Shown here: one piece after another, positions 15,528-23,625 of the stretch
How the letters are laid out: every line of letters begins with the position of its first letter
How positions within the stretch are numbered: the stretch's first letter is position 1
The notes under the pieces: model-generated
Databases searched by the model: none
Told to the model about the DNA's origin: nothing
Seen by the model: only the letters and a program-made list of their open reading frames with translations
Program-made: the position numbers and the translations under genes
Assembly: GCF_900184255.1 (NCBI RefSeq)
Contig: NZ_LT854640.1
Span: 2,238,703-2,262,702, forward strand
Direction of reading: 5' to 3'
Source of the DNA: Haloimpatiens massiliensis
Lineage (GTDB): Bacteria > Bacillota > Clostridia > Clostridiales > Clostridiaceae
Length of the DNA stretch: 24,000 bases

Positions 15528-15950
15528 TTAAAATTTTCTTTTTGAGAATTTATTTACTCCTATATATCTAACCTTGTAACAGAAAGCCATATAAAGTAAA
15601 TATATCCATGCCACAAGTATAAATATTATACTCAATACCATCCATATTGTAGGCGTCTTAAATCTCTGATAAAATTCCACATACCATACTATATATAAAA
15701 TGGCCAAAATTAATGGACCTATAAATGGTATTATTATAATAAAGGCAAATAATATATTCCACGCACTCTTATCAATTATGTGGAAAAAAATTATAAATTG
15801 GAAAAAAGGAATAAAAGCTATCCACCTATTATTAAGGTCTGCCTTTTCAGCTAACCTATAATATGAAATAGCTTGAATCACATAGCTTATAACTAAAGCC
15901 CAAATAAAATAAATGTTATTTAAATAGGAATAGTAATTGCAACCAAACAT
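15528..15950 (-). CDS. Small integral membrane protein of unknown function (possibly DUF5684-like)
   Basis: 140 aa with 4 hydrophobic segments. The motif LAEKADLNNRWIAFIPFFQF resembles the K-A-G-x-x-x-W-x-A-x-IP motif of a small-membrane-protein family. It has a strong AGGGAGG SD and its own terminator. Confidence 0.5.
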   Translation of the reverse strand: MFGCNYYSYLNNIYFIWALVISYVIQAISYYRLAEKADLNNRWIAFIPFFQFIIFFHIIDKSAWNILFAFIIIIPFIGPLILAILYIVWYVEFYQRFKTPTIWMVLSIIFILVAWIYLLYMAFCYKVRYIGVNKFSKRKF

Positions 15951-16194
15951 AACGTCCCTCCCTTAAATTGCTCTATACTTATATGCTATTCAAAAGAGCA
16001 TTACAAATGCTAGTCCCAAAGTATTACAAACGACTTTTTTATATGTTTTATAAATATATGAGAGATATTACAGTAAATGCTTCATATATCTATAATTACG
16101 TTTTTTATATATAAACTGCCTTCAATAATTGCTACAAATAGTAAAAGTAACATCATATAAGCACACAATATTTTTTAAAATTTATTATTTCCTA

Positions 16195-16222
16195 TTGATT
16201 TATAAAAATCCGGTGCTATACT
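16195..16222 (+). promoter_or_regulatory. Sigma-A promoter with an extended -10, for the ECF S-component gene
   Basis: TTGATT (16195-16200), a 16-nt spacer, then TGcTATACT (16214-16222). Confidence 0.55.
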
Positions 16223-16340
16223 AATATCGTATGTAAAAGATGGTATTTATTGCAAAGCCATACTATTTACGTGCTTTTCTTAAACAAACACTTAAATTCC
16301 AAATTATATCCTATTGGAATAAGAATGGAGGAATGTAAAA

Positions 16341-17015
16341 ATGTCAGAAAAGACAGTGGAAAAAAGAAAATTTTCCACAAAACAAATCACTGTTACAGGT
16401 ATGCTTTCTGCTATATCTGTAGTACTTGGTATTACTGGTTTAGGTTATATACCTATACCACCATTTCACACAACTATAATGCACATTCCTGTGATTATAG
16501 GCTCACTTCTAGAAGGCCCTGTAGTTGGCGGAATACTTGGTTTAATATTTGGATTAACCAGTATATTTCAAGCTATAAAAACCCCAGGACCAGTTTCCTT
16601 TATATTTATTAACCCATTAGTTTCAGTACTTCCTAGAATATTAATAGGAATTACTCCTTACTATATGTACAAGTTGTTAAAAAATATTAAGTTTAATAAA
16701 CTAAAAGAAAAAGTTTACTCCAATGACGGTACTACTAAATGGGGAAAATTCACTAGATATCTGGTAGATTATATTCAATTAATATTGTCCATAACCGTTG
16801 GTTCATTCACCAATACCATAGGTGTATTAGGCATGATATACGTTTTATATCTAAATGAATATATAACGGCCTTAGGAGTTAGTAAATCTGCTGCTAATAA
16901 GACTTTTCTACTCTTAGTTTTAAATGGATTTGTTTCAGCTTCTATGGCTATTTTAGTTTCATTACCTATTATAAGAACCGTGAAAGCTGTATATTATAAA
17001 AATAAAAAGCTATAA
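16341..17015 (+). CDS. ECF-transporter S component (vitamin/cofactor-type substrate-binding membrane subunit); substrate not assignable
   Basis: 224 aa with about 6 TM segments. It has the typical N-terminus KQITVTGMLSAISVVLG...IPIP...TIMHIPVIIGSLLEGPVVGG. GGAGG lies 9 nt upstream. I recognise no riboswitch in the ~110-nt leader. Confidence 0.65.
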   Translation: MSEKTVEKRKFSTKQITVTGMLSAISVVLGITGLGYIPIPPFHTTIMHIPVIIGSLLEGPVVGGILGLIFGLTSIFQAIKTPGPVSFIFINPLVSVLPRILIGITPYYMYKLLKNIKFNKLKEKVYSNDGTTKWGKFTRYLVDYIQLILSITVGSFTNTIGVLGMIYVLYLNEYITALGVSKSAANKTFLLLVLNGFVSASMAILVSLPIIRTVKAVYYKNKKL

Positions 17016-17057
17016 TACTATACTTAATACTGCTATAGCTAGAAATAAGAAATAATT

Positions 17058-17113
17058 GGGGACAGTTAACAACTTTTTATTGTAATATCTTACTAAAAGT
17101 TATTAACCGTCCC
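17058..17113. repeat. Inverted pair of the GGGGACAGTTAAC repeat family; may also act as the terminator of the ECF gene
   Basis: GGGGACAGTTAACAACTTTT (17058-17077), then 17 nt, then AAAAGTTATTAACCGTCCC (17095-17113), followed by a T-rich tract. The same 20-mer recurs at 21244, at 21298 and, inverted, at 21679. Confidence 0.7.
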
Positions 17114-17389
17114 TTTCTTTTCCTTCTTTTTATACTTCTTTTTACTCTCGATTAATTTACATTTGTTTTATTGTATTTATTTTTATTTACTGTAAATTTG
17201 CATCAACTGCTCTTGTTAATGCTTTAATCATACATTATAGAATCATATATAATCTTTTCTTATTATTTCTTATTAACAGAGATTTATTTGATTTATCTAC
17301 TTAATTTAACTATTTATTTACTTATTTATTTAATTGTTTACTCACTTATGCAATTAATTACTCTTGTATTTACTTATTTAATTACTTCG

Positions 17390-18466
17390 TTAATCTAAAA
17401 GTGCTTTATCTGGTGTTACTAATATTTTAACGTGTTTTTTCTTTTCTGGTCCTGTTAAAGTTCCAAAACCATCTTCTACTATATTATCAAGATGGATCTT
17501 CTTTGTAATATATCCCTCTGCTTTTATTCTTCCATCACTCATTTGAGCAATTGTAGCTGGGAATTCATGTCTATATGCTAAAGTACCTATTATTTTCTTT
17601 TCACTAAACACTAGCACATTTGGATTAAAGCTTACTTCATTTTCCCATATACTAGTTATGACCATAGTTCCTTCAAATTTTAAACTATCAAGACCTGTAT
17701 CAAAACCTATCTTAGCTCCTGTTGTTTCAAATGCAGCATCTACTCCAAGTCCACCTGTAAGCTTCTTAACTTCCTCTGGTATATTAACTTCATTAGGATC
17801 TAAAACCACATCTGCACCAGCTCTTTTTGCATATTCTTGTCTTATGGACTTTCTCTGTAAAACTATAACAAGTTTTGCACCTGCTGCCTTTAGACACTCA
17901 ATAGTGGCAAGTCCTATTGGACCGGAACCTAAAACTAAAGCAGTATCCCCTGTTGTAAAATTAGCTATTCTTACAGAGTGTAATGCCACTGCCATTGGTT
18001 CTACTAGAGCTGCTTGCTCATAAGTCATTGCATCTGGAATCTTGTGAATGAATTCCTCTGGAAATACAGTATACTCAGCAAGCCCGCCACCACTTCCACA
18101 AAGTCCATGGAAACCTAAAGATGAACAAAGATTATATTTTCCTTCTCTACAAGCAGCACATTTTCCACAAGCCACTATAGGTTCAACTATTACTCTATCC
18201 CCAGCTTTAAATTTTGTTACTTCTTCTCCTACTTCCACTACTTCTCCTGAAAATTCATGACCTAAAACTACTGGAGCAACATTTCCACTTAGTGGATGAG
18301 GTTGTCCTACTGGAATAAATATAGGTCCTCCTAAATATTCATGTAAATCAGAACCACAAATTCCACACCATTTAACTTTAATCTTTACTAAACCTTTTTC
18401 TACCTTTGGCTCTTCTATTTCTTCTACCCTTACATCCTTTTTTCCATACCATAATGCTGCCTTCAT
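17390..18466 (-). CDS. bdh: Zinc-dependent (R,R)-2,3-butanediol dehydrogenase / acetoin reductase (MDR family)
   Basis: 358 aa. It has VKWCGICGSDLHEY and GHEFSGEVVE, the structural-Zn site CGKCAACREGKYNLC, and the Rossmann motif VLGSGPIGL. It closely resembles the clostridial 2,3-BDH sequence as I recall it. Confidence 0.9.
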   Translation of the reverse strand: MKAALWYGKKDVRVEEIEEPKVEKGLVKIKVKWCGICGSDLHEYLGGPIFIPVGQPHPLSGNVAPVVLGHEFSGEVVEVGEEVTKFKAGDRVIVEPIVACGKCAACREGKYNLCSSLGFHGLCGSGGGLAEYTVFPEEFIHKIPDAMTYEQAALVEPMAVALHSVRIANFTTGDTALVLGSGPIGLATIECLKAAGAKLVIVLQRKSIRQEYAKRAGADVVLDPNEVNIPEEVKKLTGGLGVDAAFETTGAKIGFDTGLDSLKFEGTMVITSIWENEVSFNPNVLVFSEKKIIGTLAYRHEFPATIAQMSDGRIKAEGYITKKIHLDNIVEDGFGTLTGPEKKKHVKILVTPDKALLD

Positions 18467-18546
18467 AATTGCAACCCCTCCTATTTATGTATTTAAAATA
18501 CTAATTTAATACAAAAACATGTTAATTAATTCACAAATATTATTAA

Positions 18547-18562
18547 AGCAATTACTATGCCA
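18547..18562 (-). promoter_or_regulatory. Sigma-54 (-24/-12) promoter for bdh
   Basis: The minus strand reads TGGCATAGTAATTGCT in the canonical register, about 80 nt upstream of the ATG at 18466. Confidence 0.8.
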
Positions 18563-18603
18563 AAGTATCCAAACCTATGAATAGCTTATTTCATAAAAAA
18601 ATA

Positions 18604-18672
18604 TGTATCATAATGACTCACTTTTTTACGTTTCATTCTGATACATAAGATATATAAGTGTCATTTTGACAC
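18604..18672. promoter_or_regulatory. Inverted repeats upstream of the bdh sigma-54 promoter; candidate AcoR-type enhancer sites
   Basis: TGTATCA (18604-18610) with TGATACA (18639-18645), and the palindrome GTGTCA-TTT-TGACAC (18658-18672). They lie 40-110 bp upstream of the -24 box. Confidence 0.45.
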
Positions 18673-18723
18673 AGTTTTTTATGCTAAGTTTTTACTATAT
18701 TTCACAATCAACATTTGTGTCTC

Positions 18724-20775
18724 TTACAATTCCTTTATGCCATATTTTTTAATTTTTCTATATAAAGTAGATCTTCCAATATTCAAAAGCTTTGAAGCCT
18801 TAGCTCTATTGCCATAACACTTTTTAAGAGCATTTTCTATGGCTTCTTTTTCTAATATATGCATAGGTTCTATATTATTATGAAATTCCATATTAGTATG
18901 AGTTTTTATAGAATTATGTTGTACATTCTCAACAGAATTTTCTTCAGCATAACTCTTTTCTTGTAAACAATTAGAAGAAATAATATCTGTATCACTCAAA
19001 TAATAATCTCTTTCCACCACATTTCTTAATTCTCGCACATTTCCATTCCAGCTGTGATTTTTAAGAGCATCTATATAATCTTTCTTAAGCTTTTTTTCAC
19101 CACTTCCACTTTTTCTATCTAATATTTTAACAAAATAATTAGCTAAAAGTTCTATGTCATCTTTCCTATTATTTAAAGGTATGGTCTTTATATTCATAAC
19201 ACTCAATCTATAGTAAAGATCTTCTCTAAAATTTCTCTTTTCTATTTCTTTTTTTAAAATTCTGTTAGTGGCTCCTATAACTCTTACATTAAGTTGCTTT
19301 TCATAGGTACCACCTATTCTACTTATCTTATTATTATCTAAAACTCTTAAAAGTTTAGATTGTATGTCTAGAGGTAGTTCTCCTATTTCATCTAAAAAAA
19401 TAGTTCCCCCATCCGATAACTCAAATTTTCCTGGATGTCCTTCCTTTGACGCTCCAGTAAATGCACCTTTTTCATATCCAAAAAGCTCACTTTCTACTAA
19501 TTCTCTAGGTATAGATGCACAATTTATAGCTACAAAAGGTCCATTTGACCTGTTACTATAATTGTGTACAGATTGAGCTATCAACTCTTTACCTGTTCCA
19601 CTTTCTCCTTCTATTAGCATATTGCAGTCACTTTTAGCTGCTTTCTTAGCAAATCTTATCATTTCTTTCATTTTTTCATTTTCTGTTATTATATCATTAA
19701 AAGTATATGTAGCTTTATATCCTACTACCTTATTTACTAATTTATGCACATACTTACTTTCACTAAAAGTTATAACAATCCCTACAAGTTTTCCATTAAC
19801 CTTCATAGGAACTGCATTTATAATACATTTAACTAAATTATCGTAGCAAGCCTGTTTAGATGTTCCGTACTCCTGCGAATTACTGTCTTTACCACATTTA
19901 GACCATAATTTGCTTCCATTATTTTTTATATAAAAATCGCACTCTACATTATTAAAAGATCTATCATTTTTATTTATTATTTCATGAAAGCTAATGCCCT
20001 TTAAATTTTCCTCTATATTCATGTTCAGTATATCTTCAAGTCTTACATTTAAAATTTCTAAGGCCCTATTGTTGACTCTTTTTATTTTTAAATTTTCATC
20101 AAGCACAATCATTCCCTCAGAAATAAAATCAAATGTAATCTTCATTAACTTATTTGAAATAGTTAAAGCCAGCTGTTTTTGTATAGACTTAGCAGCAGAA
20201 GTCACAATTCCCAATGTATGAGAATGTGCATTATAATAGTTTCCAGACATATTAATACATCCTATTATATTCCCATCTTCGTCATGAATAGGGGAGCCAG
20301 AACAAGTCCATGAATGCTGATTTAGGCAATAATGCTCTGCTCCAATTGTTTGTATTGGTTTATCCATGTAAAGAGCGGTACCTATAGCATTAGTACCAAC
20401 TATTTCTTCACTCCAAAGAGCTCCCTTCACAAAATTCAACTCATCCATTCTTTTAAGCATGGGCTCATCTCCCACTACATCTATTACATATCCATCTTTA
20501 TCCGTTAAGATTATAGCAAATTCAGAGCCAGCTACTATATCATATACACTTTCCATTATAGGTCTTGCCACAGAAATAAGCTCTGCATTTTCCATAATTT
20601 TAACTTTCACAGGTACATTATATTTATCATTACCCTTTCCATTCATGGGGTTAACCCCATATTTTTTACACCTTTTCCATGAATCACTTATTTCTGTTCT
20701 AACCTTTGGATTTACATTTCCTTTTTCTATGAAGTCCTTCCAGCAACTTTTTATAAACTCTATATAATTCTCCAT
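18724..20775 (-). CDS. acoR: Sigma-54-dependent Fis-family activator, AcoR-like (GAF-like sensor, PAS, AAA+, C-terminal HTH)
   Basis: 683 aa. It has the AcoR-type N-domain GTNAIGTAL...WTCSGSPIHDEDGNIIGCINMSG, then GESGTGKE, GAFTGA and IFLDEIGEL, and the C-terminal HTH LLNIGRSTLYRKIKKYGI. Confidence 0.9.
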   Translation of the reverse strand: MENYIEFIKSCWKDFIEKGNVNPKVRTEISDSWKRCKKYGVNPMNGKGNDKYNVPVKVKIMENAELISVARPIMESVYDIVAGSEFAIILTDKDGYVIDVVGDEPMLKRMDELNFVKGALWSEEIVGTNAIGTALYMDKPIQTIGAEHYCLNQHSWTCSGSPIHDEDGNIIGCINMSGNYYNAHSHTLGIVTSAAKSIQKQLALTISNKLMKITFDFISEGMIVLDENLKIKRVNNRALEILNVRLEDILNMNIEENLKGISFHEIINKNDRSFNNVECDFYIKNNGSKLWSKCGKDSNSQEYGTSKQACYDNLVKCIINAVPMKVNGKLVGIVITFSESKYVHKLVNKVVGYKATYTFNDIITENEKMKEMIRFAKKAAKSDCNMLIEGESGTGKELIAQSVHNYSNRSNGPFVAINCASIPRELVESELFGYEKGAFTGASKEGHPGKFELSDGGTIFLDEIGELPLDIQSKLLRVLDNNKISRIGGTYEKQLNVRVIGATNRILKKEIEKRNFREDLYYRLSVMNIKTIPLNNRKDDIELLANYFVKILDRKSGSGEKKLKKDYIDALKNHSWNGNVRELRNVVERDYYLSDTDIISSNCLQEKSYAEENSVENVQHNSIKTHTNMEFHNNIEPMHILEKEAIENALKKCYGNRAKASKLLNIGRSTLYRKIKKYGIKEL

Positions 20776-20904
20776 AATCCAACTCCTACCTAATTCTATA
20801 AATTAATTTTTATACACTACATTGAAAAACTAACATAAATTACGGTAAAATTATCAAATATATTTACTTATTATCCACTTCTTATCCATATCGAATGTTT
20901 AGGT

Positions 20905-21055
20905 ACATGAAAATAAATAACAGGTCAAAGACGCTAGTATATTTTGTGTCAGACAAGGAAGCAAGTTCCGTCGCTAGTAGGACTATCTGTGGATTCTGCT
21001 GACGCAGTATGACGCAAAATAGACTAGCATACTGACTTGTTATTTATTTGAATGT
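20905..21055. repeat. E1: a 151-bp long-hairpin element with AT-rich arms and a GC-richer apical core
   Basis: The left arm ACATGAAAATAAATAACAGGTCA...GCTAGTATATTTTGTGTCA pairs with TGACGCAAAATAGACTAGC...TGACTTGTTATTTATTTGAATGT. The apical ~58 nt contains GGAA-gcaag-TTCC. Confidence 0.65.
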
Positions 21056-21200
21056 GCGTTAACTACATAATTTATACATCTTTATATATAATCACATAAT
21101 CACATAAAATTTTAAAATAAGATTTAAACAAATAAATAGGAACTTCTTTGAATTATATTATAACAAAATGTATATTTTGTATCCATATATACAAATTTAG

Positions 21201-21317
21201 GTGTGGGGTATATGGATATACCTGGGATACCCGGGGGATACCTGGGGACAGTTAACAACTTTTAGCTCTAAATACACTAAAACTTTTGCAGGCTCCTGGG
21301 GACAGTTAATAACTTTT
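21201..21317 (+). repeat. Phased G-rich repeats followed by two direct copies of the GGGGACAGTTAAC 20-mer
   Basis: GGATAY occurs at 21214, 21225 and 21236, an exact 11-bp period. CCTGGGGACAGTTAACAACTTTT starts at 21241 and CCTGGGGACAGTTAATAACTTTT at 21295, with the GGGG starts at 21244 and 21298, 54 bp apart. Confidence 0.75.
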
Positions 21318-21332
21318 GCGGAAACCTATAAA

Positions 21333-21637
21333 ATGATTATCCCACAAAAATCATTACATTACCTGAATTATGAAATTTTTCTGCAATGACTTGCATAAGA
21401 AGCAAAGGAACTGTTTAAATTTAATTTTAGAAATTCTTCTTTTAGGCAGATAAAATTATCGTAAGCCTGGCAAGGACGCCAGCCTAGCGAATCTGAGGCA
21501 GGGCGCTGAATGTGAGCGTTAGATAATTTTATATGGCTAAAAGATTAGAATTTGTTAAATTAAATTTATTGTTCCGAGCTCTTTGGAGGAGAAAATTCAT
21601 AGTTCCACCACATTGTACCCTATTGTGGATTAATCAT
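21333..21637. mobile_element. H-element copy 2 (MITE-like long palindrome) carrying a nested insertion
   Basis: It has the same termini as copy 1 (ATGATTATCCCACAAAA ... TTGTGGATTAATCAT). The left arm is about 88% identical to 687-775. The right arm has a ~13-bp deletion, and the central loop is interrupted by E2. Confidence 0.7.
21424..21559. mobile_element. E2: a 136-bp hairpin element inserted in the H2 loop, flanked by a 9-bp direct duplication
   Basis: TTAAATTTA occurs at 21415-21423 and again at 21560-21568, whereas the uninterrupted H1 has that sequence only once (TTTAAATTTATTG, around 766-778). The E2 arms AAATTCTTCTTTTAGGCAGATAAAATTATC / GATAATTTTATATGGCTAAAAGATTAGAATTT pair, and the core is GC-rich. 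Confidence 0.65.
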
Positions 21638-21678
21638 AAAATAAAAATAACAATTAAATGTCCAAAATAGAAAACAAA

Positions 21679-21698
21679 GAGAGCAGTTAACTGACCCC
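21679..21698 (-). repeat. Inverted, diverged copy of the GGGGACAGTTAAC 20-mer
   Basis: The rc reads GGGGTCAGTTAACTGCTCTC, a 15/20 match to GGGGACAGTTAACAACTTTT. Together with 21244/21298 it brackets the H2/E2 elements. Confidence 0.5.
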
Positions 21699-21738
21699 TA
21701 TTAAAAGTACCTAATACTTTTTATTCTAAATATACCTA

Positions 21739-22410
21739 TTATTTTTTACCTAAAACAAATTTCTCAATAAAATACTTATGAAACTCCAAGTTACTGGAAA
21801 GTTCTGGGTGAAAAGAAGTAACTAATATATTTTTCTCCTTGGCTGCTACTATATTTTCACCTACTTTATGAACAACTTTTGTTTCTTTAGAAACTTCTAC
21901 TATATAAGGTGCTCTTATAAATATAAGCTCTAATGGTTCATTACAAACTTCATATATATTATCCAATGTAACAAAGCTATCTAATTGAGAGCCATAGGCA
22001 TTTCTCTTAACCTTTATATCCATTACTCCAAGATGGCATATATCTTCTCCTTCTATTTCCTTAGCTAAAAGTATCATTCCCGCACAAGTTCCCCAAGCTG
22101 GAAGCCCTTTACTTATAGCTTCTGCTAGCGGATGTAAAATATTCCTTTCTCTCAATATTTTACTTATAGCAGTACTCTCTCCACCTGGCAATATAATGCC
22201 ATCTATTTGATCTAAATCTTCTATTTTCTTAACTTCTATAGCATCATATCCTAGCTTTCTTATGTGATTTATATGTTCTACTACCCCACCTTGAATAGCC
22301 AAAACTCCTATAACTAAGTGGCCTTTAGATTCGAATTTCTTATCCATATCTAGCTGTTCATTAGCATTAACATGCTTTTTCATATCCAAATCGCAGCTCA
22401 AAATTACCAT
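21739..22410 (-). CDS. pdxT: Pyridoxal 5'-phosphate synthase glutaminase subunit PdxT
   Basis: It has [36 protein letters not shown] (catalytic Cys) and FHPE. The start is uncertain. The ATG at 22410 overlaps the pdxS stop (ATGGTAA) but gives an N-terminus about 30 aa longer than typical PdxT. The internal ATGs at 22383 and 22347 lack an SD. Confidence 0.9.
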   Translation of the reverse strand: MVILSCDLDMKKHVNANEQLDMDKKFESKGHLVIGVLAIQGGVVEHINHIRKLGYDAIEVKKIEDLDQIDGIILPGGESTAISKILRERNILHPLAEAISKGLPAWGTCAGMILLAKEIEGEDICHLGVMDIKVKRNAYGSQLDSFVTLDNIYEVCNEPLELIFIRAPYIVEVSKETKVVHKVGENIVAAKEKNILVTSFHPELSSNLEFHKYFIEKFVLGKK

Positions 22411-23273
22411 CCTCTCTCAGCATATCTAGTTGATAAATCCTTTAGCTCTAAACCGCTCATAGGCTCACCTAAATCCTCAGATACTTCTGCAATAATCTTA
22501 GGATCATTATAATAAGTGGTAGCCATCACTATAGCTTTGGCTCTTTTTTCTGGATTTGAAGATTTAAATATTCCTGAGCCTACAAATACTCCCTCTGCCC
22601 CTAGTTGCATCATGAGAGCTGCATCTGCTGGCGTTGCTATTCCCCCTGCTGAGAAATTAACTACTGGAAGCTTACCATTTTCCCAAACGTATTGTATCAA
22701 ATCATAAGGAGCTCTCATTTCTTTAGCTATACTCATGAGTTCTTCTTTTCCTGCATTTTTTACCGTTTTCATATCATTTATTATAGTTCTCATATGAGTT
22801 ACAGCTTCCACTACATTCCCCGTTCCTGCTTCACCTTTCGTTCTTATCATAGAGGCCCCTTCTCCAATTCTTCTTAAAGCTTCTCCTAAATTCCTAGCTC
22901 CACAAACAAACGGTACCTTAAAATCTTTTTTATTTATATGATAAACCTGGTCTGCTGGAGTTAAAACTTCACTTTCATCTATATAATCTACTCCAATAGC
23001 CTCCAAAATTTGAGCTTCCACAAAGTGACCTATTCTAACTTTAGCCATAACAGGAATAGAAACCGCCTCTTTTATTTCTTTTATCATCTTTGGATCAGAC
23101 ATCCTAGCTACTCCACCCTGTTTTCTAATATCTGATGGAACTCTCTCCAATGCCATAACTGCAGAGGCCCCTGCCTTTTGAGCTATTTCAGCCTCCTTTG
23201 CATTAACCACATCCATAATTACTCCGCCCTTTAACATTTGAGCAAGATTTTTATTCAATTCATATCTCTCCAT
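22404..23273 (-). CDS. pdxS: Pyridoxal 5'-phosphate synthase lyase subunit PdxS
   Basis: 289 aa. It has [42 protein letters not shown] and [16 protein letters not shown], which together are a near-invariant family sequence. Confidence 0.95.
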   Translation of the reverse strand: MERYELNKNLAQMLKGGVIMDVVNAKEAEIAQKAGASAVMALERVPSDIRKQGGVARMSDPKMIKEIKEAVSIPVMAKVRIGHFVEAQILEAIGVDYIDESEVLTPADQVYHINKKDFKVPFVCGARNLGEALRRIGEGASMIRTKGEAGTGNVVEAVTHMRTIINDMKTVKNAGKEELMSIAKEMRAPYDLIQYVWENGKLPVVNFSAGGIATPADAALMMQLGAEGVFVGSGIFKSSNPEKRAKAIVMATTYYNDPKIIAEVSEDLGEPMSGLELKDLSTRYAERGW

Positions 23274-23312
23274 TACTAATCCCCCTATAAATAATAGTTT
23301 CTTTTGAAATAC

Positions 23313-23355
23313 AGTATATTATTTACAAATGAATTTTTCAAATGTATCGATACAT
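23313..23355 (-). promoter_or_regulatory. pdxS sigma-A promoter with an abutting perfect 14-bp palindrome
   Basis: On the minus strand: TTGAAA (23341-23336), a 17-nt spacer, then TATACT (23318-23313). ATGTATCGATACAT (23342-23355) is a perfect palindrome directly upstream of the -35. Confidence 0.5.
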
Positions 23356-23420
23356 ATAGCCTATCTATTATTGTAGCATTGATACATACTTTATATCTGT
23401 TTATCATATTTTTCATAACG

Positions 23421-23451
23421 CTAAAACAACAGGACATTACTGTCCTGTTGT
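23421..23451 (-). terminator. Terminator downstream of the DUF4097-like gene
   Basis: ACAACAGGACA (23426-23436) pairs with TGTCCTGTTGT (23441-23451) around a 4-nt loop. On the minus strand it is followed by UUUUAG. Confidence 0.6.
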
Positions 23452-23625
23452 AATTTCATAATATTCCAACATAATTAAGTCTATTTTCTAGGGCTGTAGC
23501 ATTAAGAAATTCACATGCAATATATTGTTTTGCAATTTTAAAATAATATCTCGTAGAATTTATTCTTAGTGCAACAGCCCCATTTTAATATGCCTTTACT
23601 TTTTAATCTTCCCTACACATATTCA

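Noticed and set aside
16250-16612. 120-aa ORF with a TTG start overlapping the ECF S-component gene in another frame
   Set aside because: It has no SD and a Tyr/Cys/Arg-rich nonsense-like composition. The overlapping frame at 16341..17015 has a GGAGG SD and a clear ECF S-component sequence.
17130-17389. AT-rich tract with recurring TTTACTTATTTA-type motifs downstream of bdh
   Set aside because: It is a low-complexity AT/T-rich intergenic sequence. The repeats are short and imperfect, and I could not support any promoter, ORF or structured element there.
904-20767. Antisense or shadow ORFs within confirmed genes: 904..1137, 2690..2902, 10188..10427, 12393..12746, 12920..13288, 17658..18023, 18048..18260, 19364..19561, 19622..19846, 19994..20221, 20459..20767, 22516..22707, 22692..22877
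   Set aside because: Each lies opposite a gene with strong family signatures. They have low-complexity, S/P/L/F/I-rich translations typical of the reverse frame of AT-rich genes, and none has an SD.
21201-21389. 62-aa ORF (MWGIWIYLGYPGDTWGQLTTF...)
   Set aside because: It is a translation artefact of the G-rich phased repeats and the two GGGGACAGTTAAC copies (WGQLTTF/WGQLITF). It runs into the H2 element and has no SD.
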